DNA from: an uncultured bacterium
Lineage (GTDB): Bacteria > Planctomycetota > UBA1135 > GCA-002686595
Direction of reading: 5' to 3'
Length of the DNA: 64,000 nucleotides
Assembly: GCA_943787795.1 (NCBI GenBank)
Contig: CALSNU010000005.1
Coordinates: 214,032 to 278,031 of the forward strand
This document shows, one piece after another, positions 17,651 through 27,725 of this stretch (position 1 is the stretch's first letter; each line of letters starts with the position of its first letter). A program made the translations under genes and the position numbers. The notes under the pieces were generated by a model. That model saw nothing but the letters and a program-made list of their open reading frames with translations. It had not been told where the DNA came from and ran no database searches.

Positions 17651-18778
17651 ATGGCTGGCAAACGGTTCACCTACTTCGCGACCTGCGCCCCCGGCGTCGA
17701 GCCGCTGCTCCATCGGGAAGTCCGGGAACTCGGGCTGGCCCGCTCCGAGCGGCAGGTCGGCGGGGTCCGCTTCGAGGGGACCATGCGCGACGCCTGGCGG
17801 GCGAACCTCTGGCTCCGGACCGCCGTTCGCGTGCTCCGGCGTGAGTCGCGCTTCGACGCGGTGAGCGAGTCGTCCCTGGACGAGGGCGTCGGATCGGTGG
17901 ACTGGTCCGCGTTCCTTGAGCCGGGAGGCACCCTGTGGGTAGATGCTCAGACGAAGGAGTCGGCCCTCGACCACAGCAGGTATCTCCAGCAGCGCGTGAA
18001 GGACACGATCGTGGACCAGGTGCGCGCTGCGGACGGTACGCGGCCCACCGTCGAGCGTGAGGACGCGGACGTCCGCGTGCACCTCCACCTCTACCGGGAC
18101 CGCGCGACCCTCTCGGTCGACACCTCCGGCGCGTCCCTGCACCGGCGGGGCTGGCGTTCGGCCCAGGGCCGGGCGCCGCTGGCAGAGACCCTCGCCGCCG
18201 CCTGCGTGCTGCACTCCGGGTGGGATCGGCGGGCGCCGCTCATCGACCCGTTCTGCGGCACGGGTACCCTCCTCGTGGAGGGCGCCATGATCGCCGCCGG
18301 CATGGCCCCCGGGCTCACCCGGGAGCGTTTTGGCTTCGAGGCCTGGCGGGGCCATGACGCGTCGAGCTGGGAGCGCACCCGGGAGGAAGCCCGCGCGGCG
18401 GCGAAGATCCCCCGCAAGCTCCGGCTCGTGGGGCACGATATCGTCCCGGACCGGTTGGAGGAGACGCACGCTCACCTCGATCGCCTCGGCTTCGGCGACC
18501 TCGCAGCCCTGGAGGTCGCGGACGCGCGAGCCTTTGCGCCGCGGGCGGGCTGGAACGGGGCGGTGGTCAGCAACCTGCCCTACGGCGAGCGCGTGGGGGA
18601 CCGGGTCGAGGGGCTGCACGGCGACTTCGGCGCTCAGCTCAAGGCGCTCACGGGCTACCGCACCTCACTGCTCACCGGATCGTCTCGCCTCGCTGGCCTT
18701 CTTCGCATCTCGCGCGCCGAGCGCCACCGCATCCTCAACGGCGGCATCGAGTGCCAGCTGGTGACCGCGGAACTCTAG
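17651..18778 (+). CDS. THUMP-domain RNA methyltransferase (RlmL-like)
   Basis: ANLWLRTAVRVL, SLHRRGWR, APLAETLAAA, DPFCGTGT, SNLPYGER. Confidence 0.88.
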   Translation: MAGKRFTYFATCAPGVEPLLHREVRELGLARSERQVGGVRFEGTMRDAWRANLWLRTAVRVLRRESRFDAVSESSLDEGVGSVDWSAFLEPGGTLWVDAQTKESALDHSRYLQQRVKDTIVDQVRAADGTRPTVEREDADVRVHLHLYRDRATLSVDTSGASLHRRGWRSAQGRAPLAETLAAACVLHSGWDRRAPLIDPFCGTGTLLVEGAMIAAGMAPGLTRERFGFEAWRGHDASSWERTREEARAAAKIPRKLRLVGHDIVPDRLEETHAHLDRLGFGDLAALEVADARAFAPRAGWNGAVVSNLPYGERVGDRVEGLHGDFGAQLKALTGYRTSLLTGSSRLAGLLRISRAERHRILNGGIECQLVTAEL

Positions 18779-18792
18779 CTTCCGGGAAACCA

Positions 18793-18881
18793 CCCAGAGC
18801 CCCAGAGCCACCGAGCCCCAGAGCCCCAGAGCCCCAGAGCCACCGAGCCACCGAGCCACCGAGCCACCGAGCCACCGAGCC
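18793..18881 (+). repeat. 8-bp tandem array (GAGCCCCA/GAGCCACC), about 11 units
   Basis: Visible directly just downstream of the methyltransferase stop. Confidence 0.85.
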
Positions 18882-19111
18882 CGGGGCGCTGGCTTTCGCC
18901 GCAGAGCCGGGCCCGCCGGACCGGGCCCGCCATCCCAGGTCGCGCGCTGTCCACGGGGCGCGAGCCTCGCCCAGGGAGAGGCCAGGGAGCGCGCCGGGCG
19001 CGGTGCCGATCGGGAGGCACATCACGGGCGGTCTCTGGGCGACCACAGGCGGAGGTGTTCGACGGCAGGCCCTCGGCCTCGCTCCGCGGTGACCCGGCCG
19101 CTCGGGTGGAG

Positions 19112-19924
19112 TCAGGGGCGGCGCCGGAGCACGAGCAGGGTGTCGAGCTGTTCGTCCGACAGCTCGAGGGGCTCGTCCACCTCGTAATGGAAGTCGTACG
19201 TGCCCACGTGCTCGAGCTCGGGGACGCCGCGCAGGAGGTCGCGCACCTGCCCCGCGTCATAGGTTCTGAACTCCCACTCGGTGCGCGAGCGGCGCTCCGT
19301 TCCTTCCCCCCGGACGCGCATGCGCGCCTCGACCTTCTCGCGGCGCGTCGAGGGGTCCGGAGGCCAGGTGGAGACCTTGCAGTCGACGGTCGCCCCGTTG
19401 CGCTCGGCCGTCCACCGCTCGTGGACCTTGCGCTGGGCGCCGTACCGGGAGAGGTGGAACCCCAGGGCGTAGACCCCTCCGGGGCGCAGGGCCCTCGCCA
19501 CCGACCGGAGGTGGGATCGCGCCGCGGCCTCGGTCAAGAGGTACTTGAAGGTGCTCACGAGGCAGTGGGCGAGGTCGAACGTGCCGGGGGTCTCGAAGGC
19601 CGACATGTCCGCCTGCACGACGGTCCCCGCGAGGCCCGCCTCCCGGAGCCGCTGGCGGCTGAAGCGGACCATGGCCTCGCCGAGATCGAAGCCGCGGACC
19701 CGCCACCCGCGCTCCGCCATGGCGCCCAGCAGCCGACCTGAGCCGCAGGCCGGCTCCAGCACGCGGCGGCCGCGGCCGGGTGTGGCGTACTCCTCGAAGA
19801 CCGCCTCCAGAAAGTCGGCCTCTTGCGCGGTGTCGACGTCATAGATGGCGTCGTAGTCCTCCGGCGCCTCGTACCAATCGAGGTCCTCGTAGCGCTGGCC
19901 CTTGCCTGCCGCGGGGGGCGTCAT
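19112..19924 (-). CDS. Class I SAM-dependent methyltransferase
   Basis: VLEPACGSGR, GFDL, QADM, ALRPGG. Start overlaps the apaH stop (ATGA). Confidence 0.85.
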   Translation of the reverse strand: MTPPAAGKGQRYEDLDWYEAPEDYDAIYDVDTAQEADFLEAVFEEYATPGRGRRVLEPACGSGRLLGAMAERGWRVRGFDLGEAMVRFSRQRLREAGLAGTVVQADMSAFETPGTFDLAHCLVSTFKYLLTEAAARSHLRSVARALRPGGVYALGFHLSRYGAQRKVHERWTAERNGATVDCKVSTWPPDPSTRREKVEARMRVRGEGTERRSRTEWEFRTYDAGQVRDLLRGVPELEHVGTYDFHYEVDEPLELSDEQLDTLLVLRRRP

Positions 19925-20646
19925 GATCCGCCGTGCCAGCGCTGGCGGGCGCTCACGCTGTAGAGGCGGTCCTCCTCGGGGATCCACGCCGTGAGCTCCC
20001 CGCCGTAGACGCAGCCGGTGTCCAGGCCTCGGGTGCGCTCCAGCTCCACGAGGCCGCGCCTGGCCCAGTGCCCGAAGACGACCGTCCGGGTCTCCTTGGT
20101 GCGGGCGCGCCAGAAGTGGTCCCAGGGCCGAAAGGGATCCCCGGGCGGCGGCCAGTCGCTCTGGGGCTGGGCGCCGGTGGCGTCGCAGTGGCGGGCGCGC
20201 AGCGCGAACTCCACGTCCTCGTCCTCGGCGTCGAGCAGCTCCCTGCCCTCGAGGTGTCGGACCGGGTCGGCCCAGGAGGGGTGGATCCCGGCGTGGAGGC
20301 AGACCACATCGTCCCAGCCGAGCACCAGCGGCTGTTGCTCGAGCCAGCCGAGCAACTCTTCACCGTCCGGGACCCGCGTGAGGGCCTCCAGGGTGGTCCT
20401 GCGACCCCTCCAGGAGGGGTCATGCCACTGCCGGAGCATGTGGACATCGTGGTTGCCGAGGACCGGCCGGGCGCCCAGGTCGCGGCACAACCGGACGCAC
20501 CCCACGGAGTCGGGACCCCGATTCACGAGGTCTCCGACGGGATGGAGGGTGTCCCCTGCGGGGTCGTAGCCCACCTTGGAGAGCAGCGCCTCGAACTCCT
20601 CCCTGCAGCCCTGGAGGTCCCCGATAAAGATGCGTCGGCCGGTCAT
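19921..20646 (-). CDS. apaH: Symmetrical bis(5'-nucleosyl)-tetraphosphatase-like metallophosphoesterase
   Basis: IGDLQGC, VGDLVNRGPDS, LGNHD, VFGHWA, LDTGCVYGG. Confidence 0.8.
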   Translation of the reverse strand: MTGRRIFIGDLQGCREEFEALLSKVGYDPAGDTLHPVGDLVNRGPDSVGCVRLCRDLGARPVLGNHDVHMLRQWHDPSWRGRRTTLEALTRVPDGEELLGWLEQQPLVLGWDDVVCLHAGIHPSWADPVRHLEGRELLDAEDEDVEFALRARHCDATGAQPQSDWPPPGDPFRPWDHFWRARTKETRTVVFGHWARRGLVELERTRGLDTGCVYGGELTAWIPEEDRLYSVSARQRWHGGS

Positions 20647-20763
20647 GCCCCGAGTCTACGGCCTGGGATCTTCCAGCCCGAGGGCCCTCGACACGGGACG
20701 GTCTGCTTCCTACTCTCTTTGGCCGCGTTCGCCCCGGATGCCCCGGGACGGCGGTTCAAAGCT

Positions 20764-20925
20764 ATGGCCAAGTCACAGTTCAAAGCAGGCGGTCCCACCC
20801 GTGGTCGCCGTCGTGTCCGCAAGATCGGCATGGGTTCGGGCAAGTACCTGCTCGCCCGCAAGGACGCCCGTAAGGGTGTCGTCCTCTCCAAGGCGGAGAA
20901 GGGCGAAGAAGAAGCCAAGAGCTGA
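20764..20925 (+). CDS. Small basic protein (53 aa), unknown function
   Basis: MAKSQFKAGGPTRGRRRVRKIGMGSGKYLLARKDARKGVVLSKAEKGEEEAKS. All Arg codons are CGT/CGC and all Gly codons GGT/GGC. A TACTCT -10-like box lies at 20711. Confidence 0.7.
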   Translation: MAKSQFKAGGPTRGRRRVRKIGMGSGKYLLARKDARKGVVLSKAEKGEEEAKS

Positions 20926-20943
20926 CCGAGGCGCCCCCCGAGC

Positions 20944-23373
20944 GTGTCCACAGCTGCGCTCACCTGCGCCCTCGCCGCCGCCGCCAGCTGGGCGGTGGCC
21001 TCGATCTCCATCAGCCGCGTCCTCGCACGCGGCGACGTCAGCCCCGCTGCCGCCAACCTGTTCAAGAACGGGGTGGCGGCGAGTTTCTTTCTGGCCCTGG
21101 CGCTCGCCGGCAACGGGCGTTGGCCCGTGGGCGACGCGTGGTACTGGCTCTTCGGCTCGGGTCTCCTGGGCTTCGCCATCTCCGACACGCTGTACTTCGC
21201 GGCCTTCCGTCGCTGTGGAGTTCAGACCGCGGCGACCGTGATGCTGCTCAACGTGCCGGTTGCGACGCTGCTCGCGGTGCCGCTCGCCGGCGACCGGATC
21301 GACGGGCGGCTCGTGGGCTTCATGGGGCTGGTGCTCGTGGGCGTGCTGCTCGTGACCCTGGACCGAAACGGGGCCGACGACGGCGCAGGGCACCGGAACT
21401 CGAGGTCGACGCGGGTCGCGGGTGTGCTGATCGCCGTGGCGGCGGCCACCGCGATCGGCACAGCCGTCCCCCTGGGCCGGGGCCGCTTCGAGGACGTCGA
21501 CGTGTTCACCGGCGGCTTCGTGCGGCTCATGGGCGGCGCCTGCGGCGCTGTCCCGATCGCGCTGCTCTCTGGCCTGGGCAAGGCCAGCACCCCGGTCAAG
21601 GAGCTGCGCCGCCTCGTGGAGCCGATGCTGGCGGCGCCCGGCCCGGCCTCGGTCTGGGGCAAGGCGTCGTTGATTGGGGTGGGCAGCGCAGTCCTCGGGC
21701 TGCTCCCTTATCACTTCGCAATGCGCGAGCTGCCGGGTGGGCTCGCGGCGGTCCTGTTCAGCTCGACGCCGCTCTTCACCCTGCCTCTATGCCTCCTGAT
21801 CGGTCAGCGGGTGGGCCTCCTCTCGGCGCTCGGGACCGCGGTCGGCTTCGCGGGGGTGGCCGCAATCCTGCTCGGATCGGGAAGCCAGGCCACCAGCGAC
21901 CCCACGGCTGATGCCCGGCTCGAGGTCGAGCTCGTGCCCCTGGCGAGCCCCACCAGCGCCCGCTTCCCCGTATTTGTCGAGGACGGCGGAGCTCGCCCCC
22001 CGGAGTCTCTCTCCGACCTTGCGGTTCCGCCCGCGGTGGTGACGGCCCGCGCGGCCGGCGGGGGGAGCGACGCCTATCGACTCGTCTTGCTTGGGGACCC
22101 CGATCCCTCCTCGCCCTCGGAGCGGACCGTGGCGAAGGAGTCGTCGGAGGGGGACCCGTCGGGACGCCGGTACTTTGTGAACTGGGCCGACGTCCCTCAG
22201 GCGGCGCGACTGAGCTCCGGAGCCCTGCTCGCCGCGACCCTCGAGCGGCTTGGTGACTCGACTTATGCCTATGGCGTTCGGCTCACCCTCGAGGAGGACG
22301 GCCCCCCGGGCCGGGACCTGGGCTGGCTCCACGATGATCAGCAGCCCGTGGAGCACGGGTTCGTCTCCCTCCTCCCGCAGCCCACGGGTGGGGCGCTCTG
22401 TGTCTGGCTCGATGGGCGTGCAGGCGGTCAGGTCGCCGAGCACGGAGCGGGCCACAGCTCCGGCGGGATGCAGCTGCGGGCTCGCACCATCGGTGCCGGC
22501 GGGAGCTTCGGCGAGGAGGTGCTCCTCGACGCGCTCGTTTGCGACTGCTGCCCAACGGACGCGGTGGCCCTCGCGGACGGCTCCTCGGTGGTGGTGTACC
22601 GGGACCGCACTGAGGCCGAGGTCCGGGACATCTGGAGCGTCCGTCGCGCGCCCGATGGCACCTGGAGCCAACCTCGACCGGTCTATCAGGACGGGTGGCG
22701 CATCGAGGGATGCCCGGTCAACGGGCCGGCTGTCGCTGCGAGTGGCCCGGCAGACCCCCCGGCAGACCCCCCGGCTGGGGAGCCGGCTGGGGAGCCAGCT
22801 GGGGAGCCGGCCGGGGCCGCCAAGGAGGGGGCTGCCGCGGAGATCACGGTCGCCACCGCCTGGTACACGGAGGGTGGAGTCTCCGGAGCCCCGCGCGTCC
22901 TCGTGGCCTTCTCGCGGGACGGGGGCGCGAGCTACGGGCGCCCCGTCGAGGTCGCCGCCGACGGTGTGCTCGGGCGGGTCGACATCGCGGCCGCTGGCGG
23001 GGGACGTTTTGTGGTGACCTATCTGAAGGCCGGCGACGGCCTCGCCAACCCTGACGCCGTCTGGACGGCGCGGATCGTGGCCCCGGGGTACGGCCCTGGC
23101 ACCGCGACGCCGATCGCCGCCGTTGAGCCTGGCCGCCGCAGCGGACGGCTCAGCTTGGTGAGCGCCCCCGACCGATCCGGCAGCCTCCATGCCATGTGGA
23201 CCGCGGAGGATGGGGTGCGGGTCGCCGTGCTGCGGGTGGTACAGGTCGGCGCTCCGTCTGGAGCTGAGCCCGGGGCCGGACCGGACGCGGGGCCCGACGC
23301 CGGCCCAAGTGTCGGTTCAGACGCTGACCCCAGCGCGGGCTCCGCCGAGAAGCTCGCGCCGACCTCGCGCTGA
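20944..23373 (+). CDS. EamA/DMT transporter fused to a BNR/sialidase-like beta-propeller domain
   Basis: About 310 aa with ten hydrophobic segments (GFAISDTLYFAAFRRCG, SSTPLFTL), then FVNWADVP, HGFVSL, VCDCCPT, GCPVNGPAV and the Asp-box SRDGGASY, all in one uninterrupted ORF. Confidence 0.8.
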   Translation: MSTAALTCALAAAASWAVASISISRVLARGDVSPAAANLFKNGVAASFFLALALAGNGRWPVGDAWYWLFGSGLLGFAISDTLYFAAFRRCGVQTAATVMLLNVPVATLLAVPLAGDRIDGRLVGFMGLVLVGVLLVTLDRNGADDGAGHRNSRSTRVAGVLIAVAAATAIGTAVPLGRGRFEDVDVFTGGFVRLMGGACGAVPIALLSGLGKASTPVKELRRLVEPMLAAPGPASVWGKASLIGVGSAVLGLLPYHFAMRELPGGLAAVLFSSTPLFTLPLCLLIGQRVGLLSALGTAVGFAGVAAILLGSGSQATSDPTADARLEVELVPLASPTSARFPVFVEDGGARPPESLSDLAVPPAVVTARAAGGGSDAYRLVLLGDPDPSSPSERTVAKESSEGDPSGRRYFVNWADVPQAARLSSGALLAATLERLGDSTYAYGVRLTLEEDGPPGRDLGWLHDDQQPVEHGFVSLLPQPTGGALCVWLDGRAGGQVAEHGAGHSSGGMQLRARTIGAGGSFGEEVLLDALVCDCCPTDAVALADGSSVVVYRDRTEAEVRDIWSVRRAPDGTWSQPRPVYQDGWRIEGCPVNGPAVAASGPADPPADPPAGEPAGEPAGEPAGAAKEGAAAEITVATAWYTEGGVSGAPRVLVAFSRDGGASYGRPVEVAADGVLGRVDIAAAGGGRFVVTYLKAGDGLANPDAVWTARIVAPGYGPGTATPIAAVEPGRRSGRLSLVSAPDRSGSLHAMWTAEDGVRVAVLRVVQVGAPSGAEPGAGPDAGPDAGPSVGSDADPSAGSAEKLAPTSR

Positions 23374-23431
23374 GCGCGCTCCTCTTCTCAACTCGCAGGC
23401 GTCGAGCATCTCCGCTGGCCGGCGCGGGGGA

Positions 23432-25633
23432 TCACCCCGGCGGATCGCCTGCCGGCTCGCGCGGTGGGATCAGGAACAGGGCGAGCCCGGGGATCGCTGC
23501 CCACGGCGCAAGTTCGAACCAGGGCTCCCCGGTGAAGGGGAGGTGCTCTGCGGCGCCGAGGACGAGCAGCCCGTTGTAGCCGATATGCAGGAGCATGGCC
23601 GGGAGCACGCTCCGCGAGCGGAGCGCGACCACCGCCAGCAACGCACCCAGGAGACCGGTGGGCAACAGGCGATAGATGGAGGCGTGAACGAGGGCGAAGT
23701 ACAGGGCCTGCCAGAAGACGATGCGCTTCCAGGTGAAGTCGCGCTTCATCGCGCCGAGCAGGGCCCCGCGGAAGACGAGCTCCTCGAAGATGCCGGGGGA
23801 CAGCGCGAAGAAGAAGAACAGCCACATGGGGCTGGAGCTGCCCATGATGGACTCGAGCTCGATGCCGCCGTCGGCGGCGCCGGGGGGCAGGGGCAGGACC
23901 TTGGACTGCCAGAGGAGGAGGTGCTCGGCGCCCCGGGTGAGGGCCGGGACGAGGAGCAGCGCGCCGAGGGCGTGGGACGGCCTCGGGAGCCGGAGTCCGA
24001 GGCCGGCCGCCAGGCGACGCGGCTCCCCCTGGGCGCGCGGGGCGGTCCAGGCGATCGTGATGGCGAGCGCGGGCAGCAGCATCCAGAAGGTGAACCAGAG
24101 CCCCGCGTCCATGTCGAGGCGCTGGACGGACATGGCGATCAGGTACACGCTCATGACGACCACGAAGCCCCAGCGCACGCCATGGCGTCCCCCCGCCTGG
24201 AGCAGGTGGGCCTCGCTCTTGCGATCACCGCCGCCGCCGAGGACCCGCTCCGCGTCGAGCACCTGGCCGAGCCTCGCCACGGCGAGCCAGGTCCAGCCGA
24301 GATGAGAGATCATCACGAGGGCTGCGAGCGGGAGCGTCAGGTCACCCTCGAGCCCCTCGCGCAAGGCGAGGGCTGAGCCCGAGAAGGGGATGATCGCCCA
24401 CAGCGCGTTGAGGGAGACCTCCGGGCGCAGCACGATGGCGGTGGGGATCACCACCAGCAGCGTGACGGGGAAGATCAGCAGCTGGCCCTCGCGGAACGTC
24501 CGGGCGCCGCCGCAGACGAGGCAGAGGACCGCGCACAGCAGGAGGCAGGTGGGGAGCTCCACGATCAGCGAGGCCAGACGCCCGTACGCCATGCTGCTCG
24601 CGCCGTCGCCCATGCCTTCCATGTCCATGAGCCCCGAGGCGGCGCACACCACGAGGCTGCCGAGGTTCATGGCCAGCGTCGCGCAGCCGGCCACGAAGAC
24701 CGTGAGGAGCTTGCCCAGGGCGATGGCGCGGTGGGGGACCGGCTGAACCAGGAGCGTCTCCAGGGTGCCCGCCTCCCGCTCGCCGGCAAACACCGCCAGA
24801 GCCGCGTAGGCGCCGCCTGAGATCAGCACCAGCAGGACGATGAAGGGCAGGAACATGCCGAGGCGTGCGCCGCTCGCGTCCGCCTCGGAGGCCACGTCCG
24901 TGCTCTCGGGCGCGAGCCCGGCGCCAGGGTCTCCTCCGAGCAGGTGCTCGCGCCGCTCGGCCGAGCGGGCCTCTCCGAGGTCGCGCAGGGCGCCCCGGGC
25001 GCGGCCCATGGCCTCCCGCGCATCGTCACGCTTGACGTCGTACCAGAGGTCGAACGTGGTGCGGGCGAGGTCCCGATTCTCGCCATCGGAGCTGGCCACG
25101 ATGAGCACGTCGAAGGGCTCGAGGCCCCCGTCGTCGCTGCCAGGCCCTTCGACAGCCGGTCTCTCAGCCTTCCCTACGGACCCATTCTCCGGCTGCTGGT
25201 CCGGCTGGTTCCCAGGGCCGACCTCCGCCACCGCCTCGGATCCCGCCGCGGCATCGTCGCTCGGCTCCGGCAGGGAAGCCTCGGCTGCGGCCGGAGCAGC
25301 GGCGCGCAGCAGCTCTCGGGCGGTCTCTCGGGCGTCCCCCGCGTCGGAGTCTCCGAGCTCGGAAGCATCGACCTCGGTCAACGTGATGGGCCCTTGCTCC
25401 ACGAGCCCTGCGAGGAAGGCCTCCGCGGTCTCGGCGTCCGTCTGCGAGAGGTCCACGAGGGCGCGGACCGTACGCTCGGCCATGGTCTCTTCGCCCACGG
25501 CCTTGAGGGCGCCCGTGCCCCAGAACAGCAGGGGGTAGAGCAGCGCCGGGAGGACGATGGCCGAGAACAGCGCGCGCCGGTCGCGCGCGAGCTGCAGGAG
25601 CTCGACCCGGAGGACGTCGAGGGACGTCTTCAA
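23432..25633 (-). CDS. ABC-2 permease (NatB-like) fused to a CPBP/CAAX intramembrane protease
   Basis: AGEREAGTLETLLVQP; CPBP motifs EELVFRG, FALVH and HIGYN. TTG start overlaps the ATPase stop. Confidence 0.85.
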   Translation of the reverse strand: MKTSLDVLRVELLQLARDRRALFSAIVLPALLYPLLFWGTGALKAVGEETMAERTVRALVDLSQTDAETAEAFLAGLVEQGPITLTEVDASELGDSDAGDARETARELLRAAAPAAAEASLPEPSDDAAAGSEAVAEVGPGNQPDQQPENGSVGKAERPAVEGPGSDDGGLEPFDVLIVASSDGENRDLARTTFDLWYDVKRDDAREAMGRARGALRDLGEARSAERREHLLGGDPGAGLAPESTDVASEADASGARLGMFLPFIVLLVLISGGAYAALAVFAGEREAGTLETLLVQPVPHRAIALGKLLTVFVAGCATLAMNLGSLVVCAASGLMDMEGMGDGASSMAYGRLASLIVELPTCLLLCAVLCLVCGGARTFREGQLLIFPVTLLVVIPTAIVLRPEVSLNALWAIIPFSGSALALREGLEGDLTLPLAALVMISHLGWTWLAVARLGQVLDAERVLGGGGDRKSEAHLLQAGGRHGVRWGFVVVMSVYLIAMSVQRLDMDAGLWFTFWMLLPALAITIAWTAPRAQGEPRRLAAGLGLRLPRPSHALGALLLVPALTRGAEHLLLWQSKVLPLPPGAADGGIELESIMGSSSPMWLFFFFALSPGIFEELVFRGALLGAMKRDFTWKRIVFWQALYFALVHASIYRLLPTGLLGALLAVVALRSRSVLPAMLLHIGYNGLLVLGAAEHLPFTGEPWFELAPWAAIPGLALFLIPPREPAGDPPG

Positions 25634-26409
25634 GCGGCACCCTCGCCGGCGTCGGCGCGCTGCACGAGCTCCCGGAAGATCTCCTCGAGCCACTCCTTGC
25701 CGGTGATCGCACGCAGCTCGTCGAGGCTGCCCCCGGCGAGCATACGCCCGTCGTAGACGATGCCGATCCGATCGCAGAGTCGCTCCGCCTCGCTGAGGAT
25801 GTGCGTGCTGAACAGGACGCAGGTCCCCGCCTCGCGGCGCGAGTCGATGAACTGGATCATGTCGCTCGACGCCATGATGTCGAGCCCGGTGGTGGGCTCA
25901 TCGAGGATGAGCACGGGCGGATCGTGGAGCACCGCGCGGGCGATGGACACGCGCTGCTTCTGGCCGGTCGAGAGAGCCTCGCAGCGCCCGTCGCCGAAGG
26001 CGTGCAGGTCGAAGGCGTCGAAGGCCCGCGCGATCGCGGCCTCGAGGTCATCGCCCTCCAGCCCGTGGAGGCGCCCGAAGTAGCGCAGGGTCTCCCGCCC
26101 GGTGAGGCGCGGGTAGAGCCCGGTGCTCCCCGAGAGGAAGCCGAGTCGGCGCCGGACCTCGAGCGGGTCCTCGGCCACGTCGATGCCGTCGATCAGTGCC
26201 CGGCCTGAGGTGGGCGCGAGGATGGTGGAGAGCATGCGCAGCGTGGTGGTCTTGCCCGCGCCGTTCGGCCCGAGCAGGCCGAAGATCTCGCCCTTGCGGC
26301 AGTCGAGATCCACGCCCTTGACGGCCTCGACCACGCCGCGCTGCGGGTCATGAAAGGTCTTGGCCAGGCCCTCGGCGCGGATCGCGCTGGCTGATGTGGA
26401 GTCGGTCAT
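25630..26409 (-). CDS. ABC transporter ATP-binding protein (NatA-like)
   Basis: [27 protein letters not shown]. Confidence 0.92.
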   Translation of the reverse strand: MTDSTSASAIRAEGLAKTFHDPQRGVVEAVKGVDLDCRKGEIFGLLGPNGAGKTTTLRMLSTILAPTSGRALIDGIDVAEDPLEVRRRLGFLSGSTGLYPRLTGRETLRYFGRLHGLEGDDLEAAIARAFDAFDLHAFGDGRCEALSTGQKQRVSIARAVLHDPPVLILDEPTTGLDIMASSDMIQFIDSRREAGTCVLFSTHILSEAERLCDRIGIVYDGRMLAGGSLDELRAITGKEWLEEIFRELVQRADAGEGAA

Positions 26410-26417
26410 GGTCGGGG

Positions 26418-27725
26418 TCACCGGGAGCGGAGGATGCGGAGGAGGCGGGCCATGGGGATCGTCTCGCTGGAGAGCGAGACCTCCTCGCTGGAGAGGAGCC
26501 GGACCGAGAACCAGATCGCCAGCAGGGCTGCGGCGGTGAGGGAGAGCGCGCAGATGAGCAGCGGGCCGGCGCTGGCGGAGCCGACGAGCAGGCCCCTGAA
26601 GGCGAGGGAGACGTTGACCACCGGGATCCACGCGGTCGACGCGGTCAGCTCCATCCCCGGCAGGTTGGTGGCCATGGCGGGCAGCATGAACAGCATCTGC
26701 ACCGGGCCGAGCAGGGCCTGACCCTCCTTGAAGCTCGCGGCGAGGCTCGCCACCCCCGTCAGGGCGGCGCTGACGAAGAAGGCGAAGAGCGCGGCCAGGG
26801 GCGCGATGGCCAGCAGGGCGCCGAGGGGGAGCTCGACCTTGGGCGCGCCGTCGCCGAGGCCGGCGAGCTGACCGAGCAGGTGACCCGCGGAGAGTCCCAG
26901 GGCGAGCAGGTTCAGCGTCGCCGCGATCATCGAGGTCGCGCAGACCGCGAAGATCTTCCCGAGGTGGAGGCCGAGCCGGGGGATGGGGAGGAGGAGGGTG
27001 GTCTCGGCGGTCTTGCGCTCCTTCTCCCCGGCCGTGAGGTCCACGGCGGGGAAGAACGCGCCGAGCACGCACATCACCACCAGCAGCATCGGGAGGAGGA
27101 GCGAGAGCACGAGGGCGCCCTCGTCCTTGCTGGGGTTGATCTTCCTCGTCTGGACGAGGATCGGCTCCAGGGCCGCCGGGTCGATGTCTCGTGCGTCCGC
27201 GGCCTCCTGGCGCAGCTCCAGGGCCCACACCTCGAGGGCGGCGACCACCCGTCCACGGGCGGTCTCGGACTGGCTGCTGGTGCTGTCGAAGAACAGGGCC
27301 GCCGGGTCAGCGTCGCTGCGCGCCTCCGGCAGGAACAGGAGCGCGTCCGCCTCCTCCGCCTCGATCAGCTCTGCGATGACCTCGCTCTCCTGGGAGGTCT
27401 CAGGCGGCAGGGCGATGACCTCGATGCGGCCTCGGCCCTCCTCGTCCAGGGTGAGCTGATCGCGCGCCGCCTCCGCCGTCTCCGCGGCCGCGACGACGCC
27501 GATCGTGACGTCGCGCGCCTGCTTCTGCCCCTGTACGACGAGCACGCCCTGCACCATGACCCAGAACATAGCCGGGTACATGCACAGCGGCAGGACGAAG
27601 GTATACAGCAGCGTCTGCCGGTCGCGGAAGCTCTCGCCCAGCTCCTTGCGGGCGACGGCGAGGGCGGCGCGCAGGACACCGGATGTCCGCGGCGCCGATG
27701 GGGTCTGCCGAGGCGCCTGGCTCAA
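26418..27725 (-). CDS. ABC-2 permease (NatB-like)
   Basis: ARKELGESFRDRQTL, AVDLTAGEKERKTAETTL, SFKEGQ. TTG start overlaps the peptidase stop (alternative ATG at 27749). Confidence 0.85.
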   Translation of the reverse strand: MSQAPRQTPSAPRTSGVLRAALAVARKELGESFRDRQTLLYTFVLPLCMYPAMFWVMVQGVLVVQGQKQARDVTIGVVAAAETAEAARDQLTLDEEGRGRIEVIALPPETSQESEVIAELIEAEEADALLFLPEARSDADPAALFFDSTSSQSETARGRVVAALEVWALELRQEAADARDIDPAALEPILVQTRKINPSKDEGALVLSLLLPMLLVVMCVLGAFFPAVDLTAGEKERKTAETTLLLPIPRLGLHLGKIFAVCATSMIAATLNLLALGLSAGHLLGQLAGLGDGAPKVELPLGALLAIAPLAALFAFFVSAALTGVASLAASFKEGQALLGPVQMLFMLPAMATNLPGMELTASTAWIPVVNVSLAFRGLLVGSASAGPLLICALSLTAAALLAIWFSVRLLSSEEVSLSSETIPMARLLRILRSR

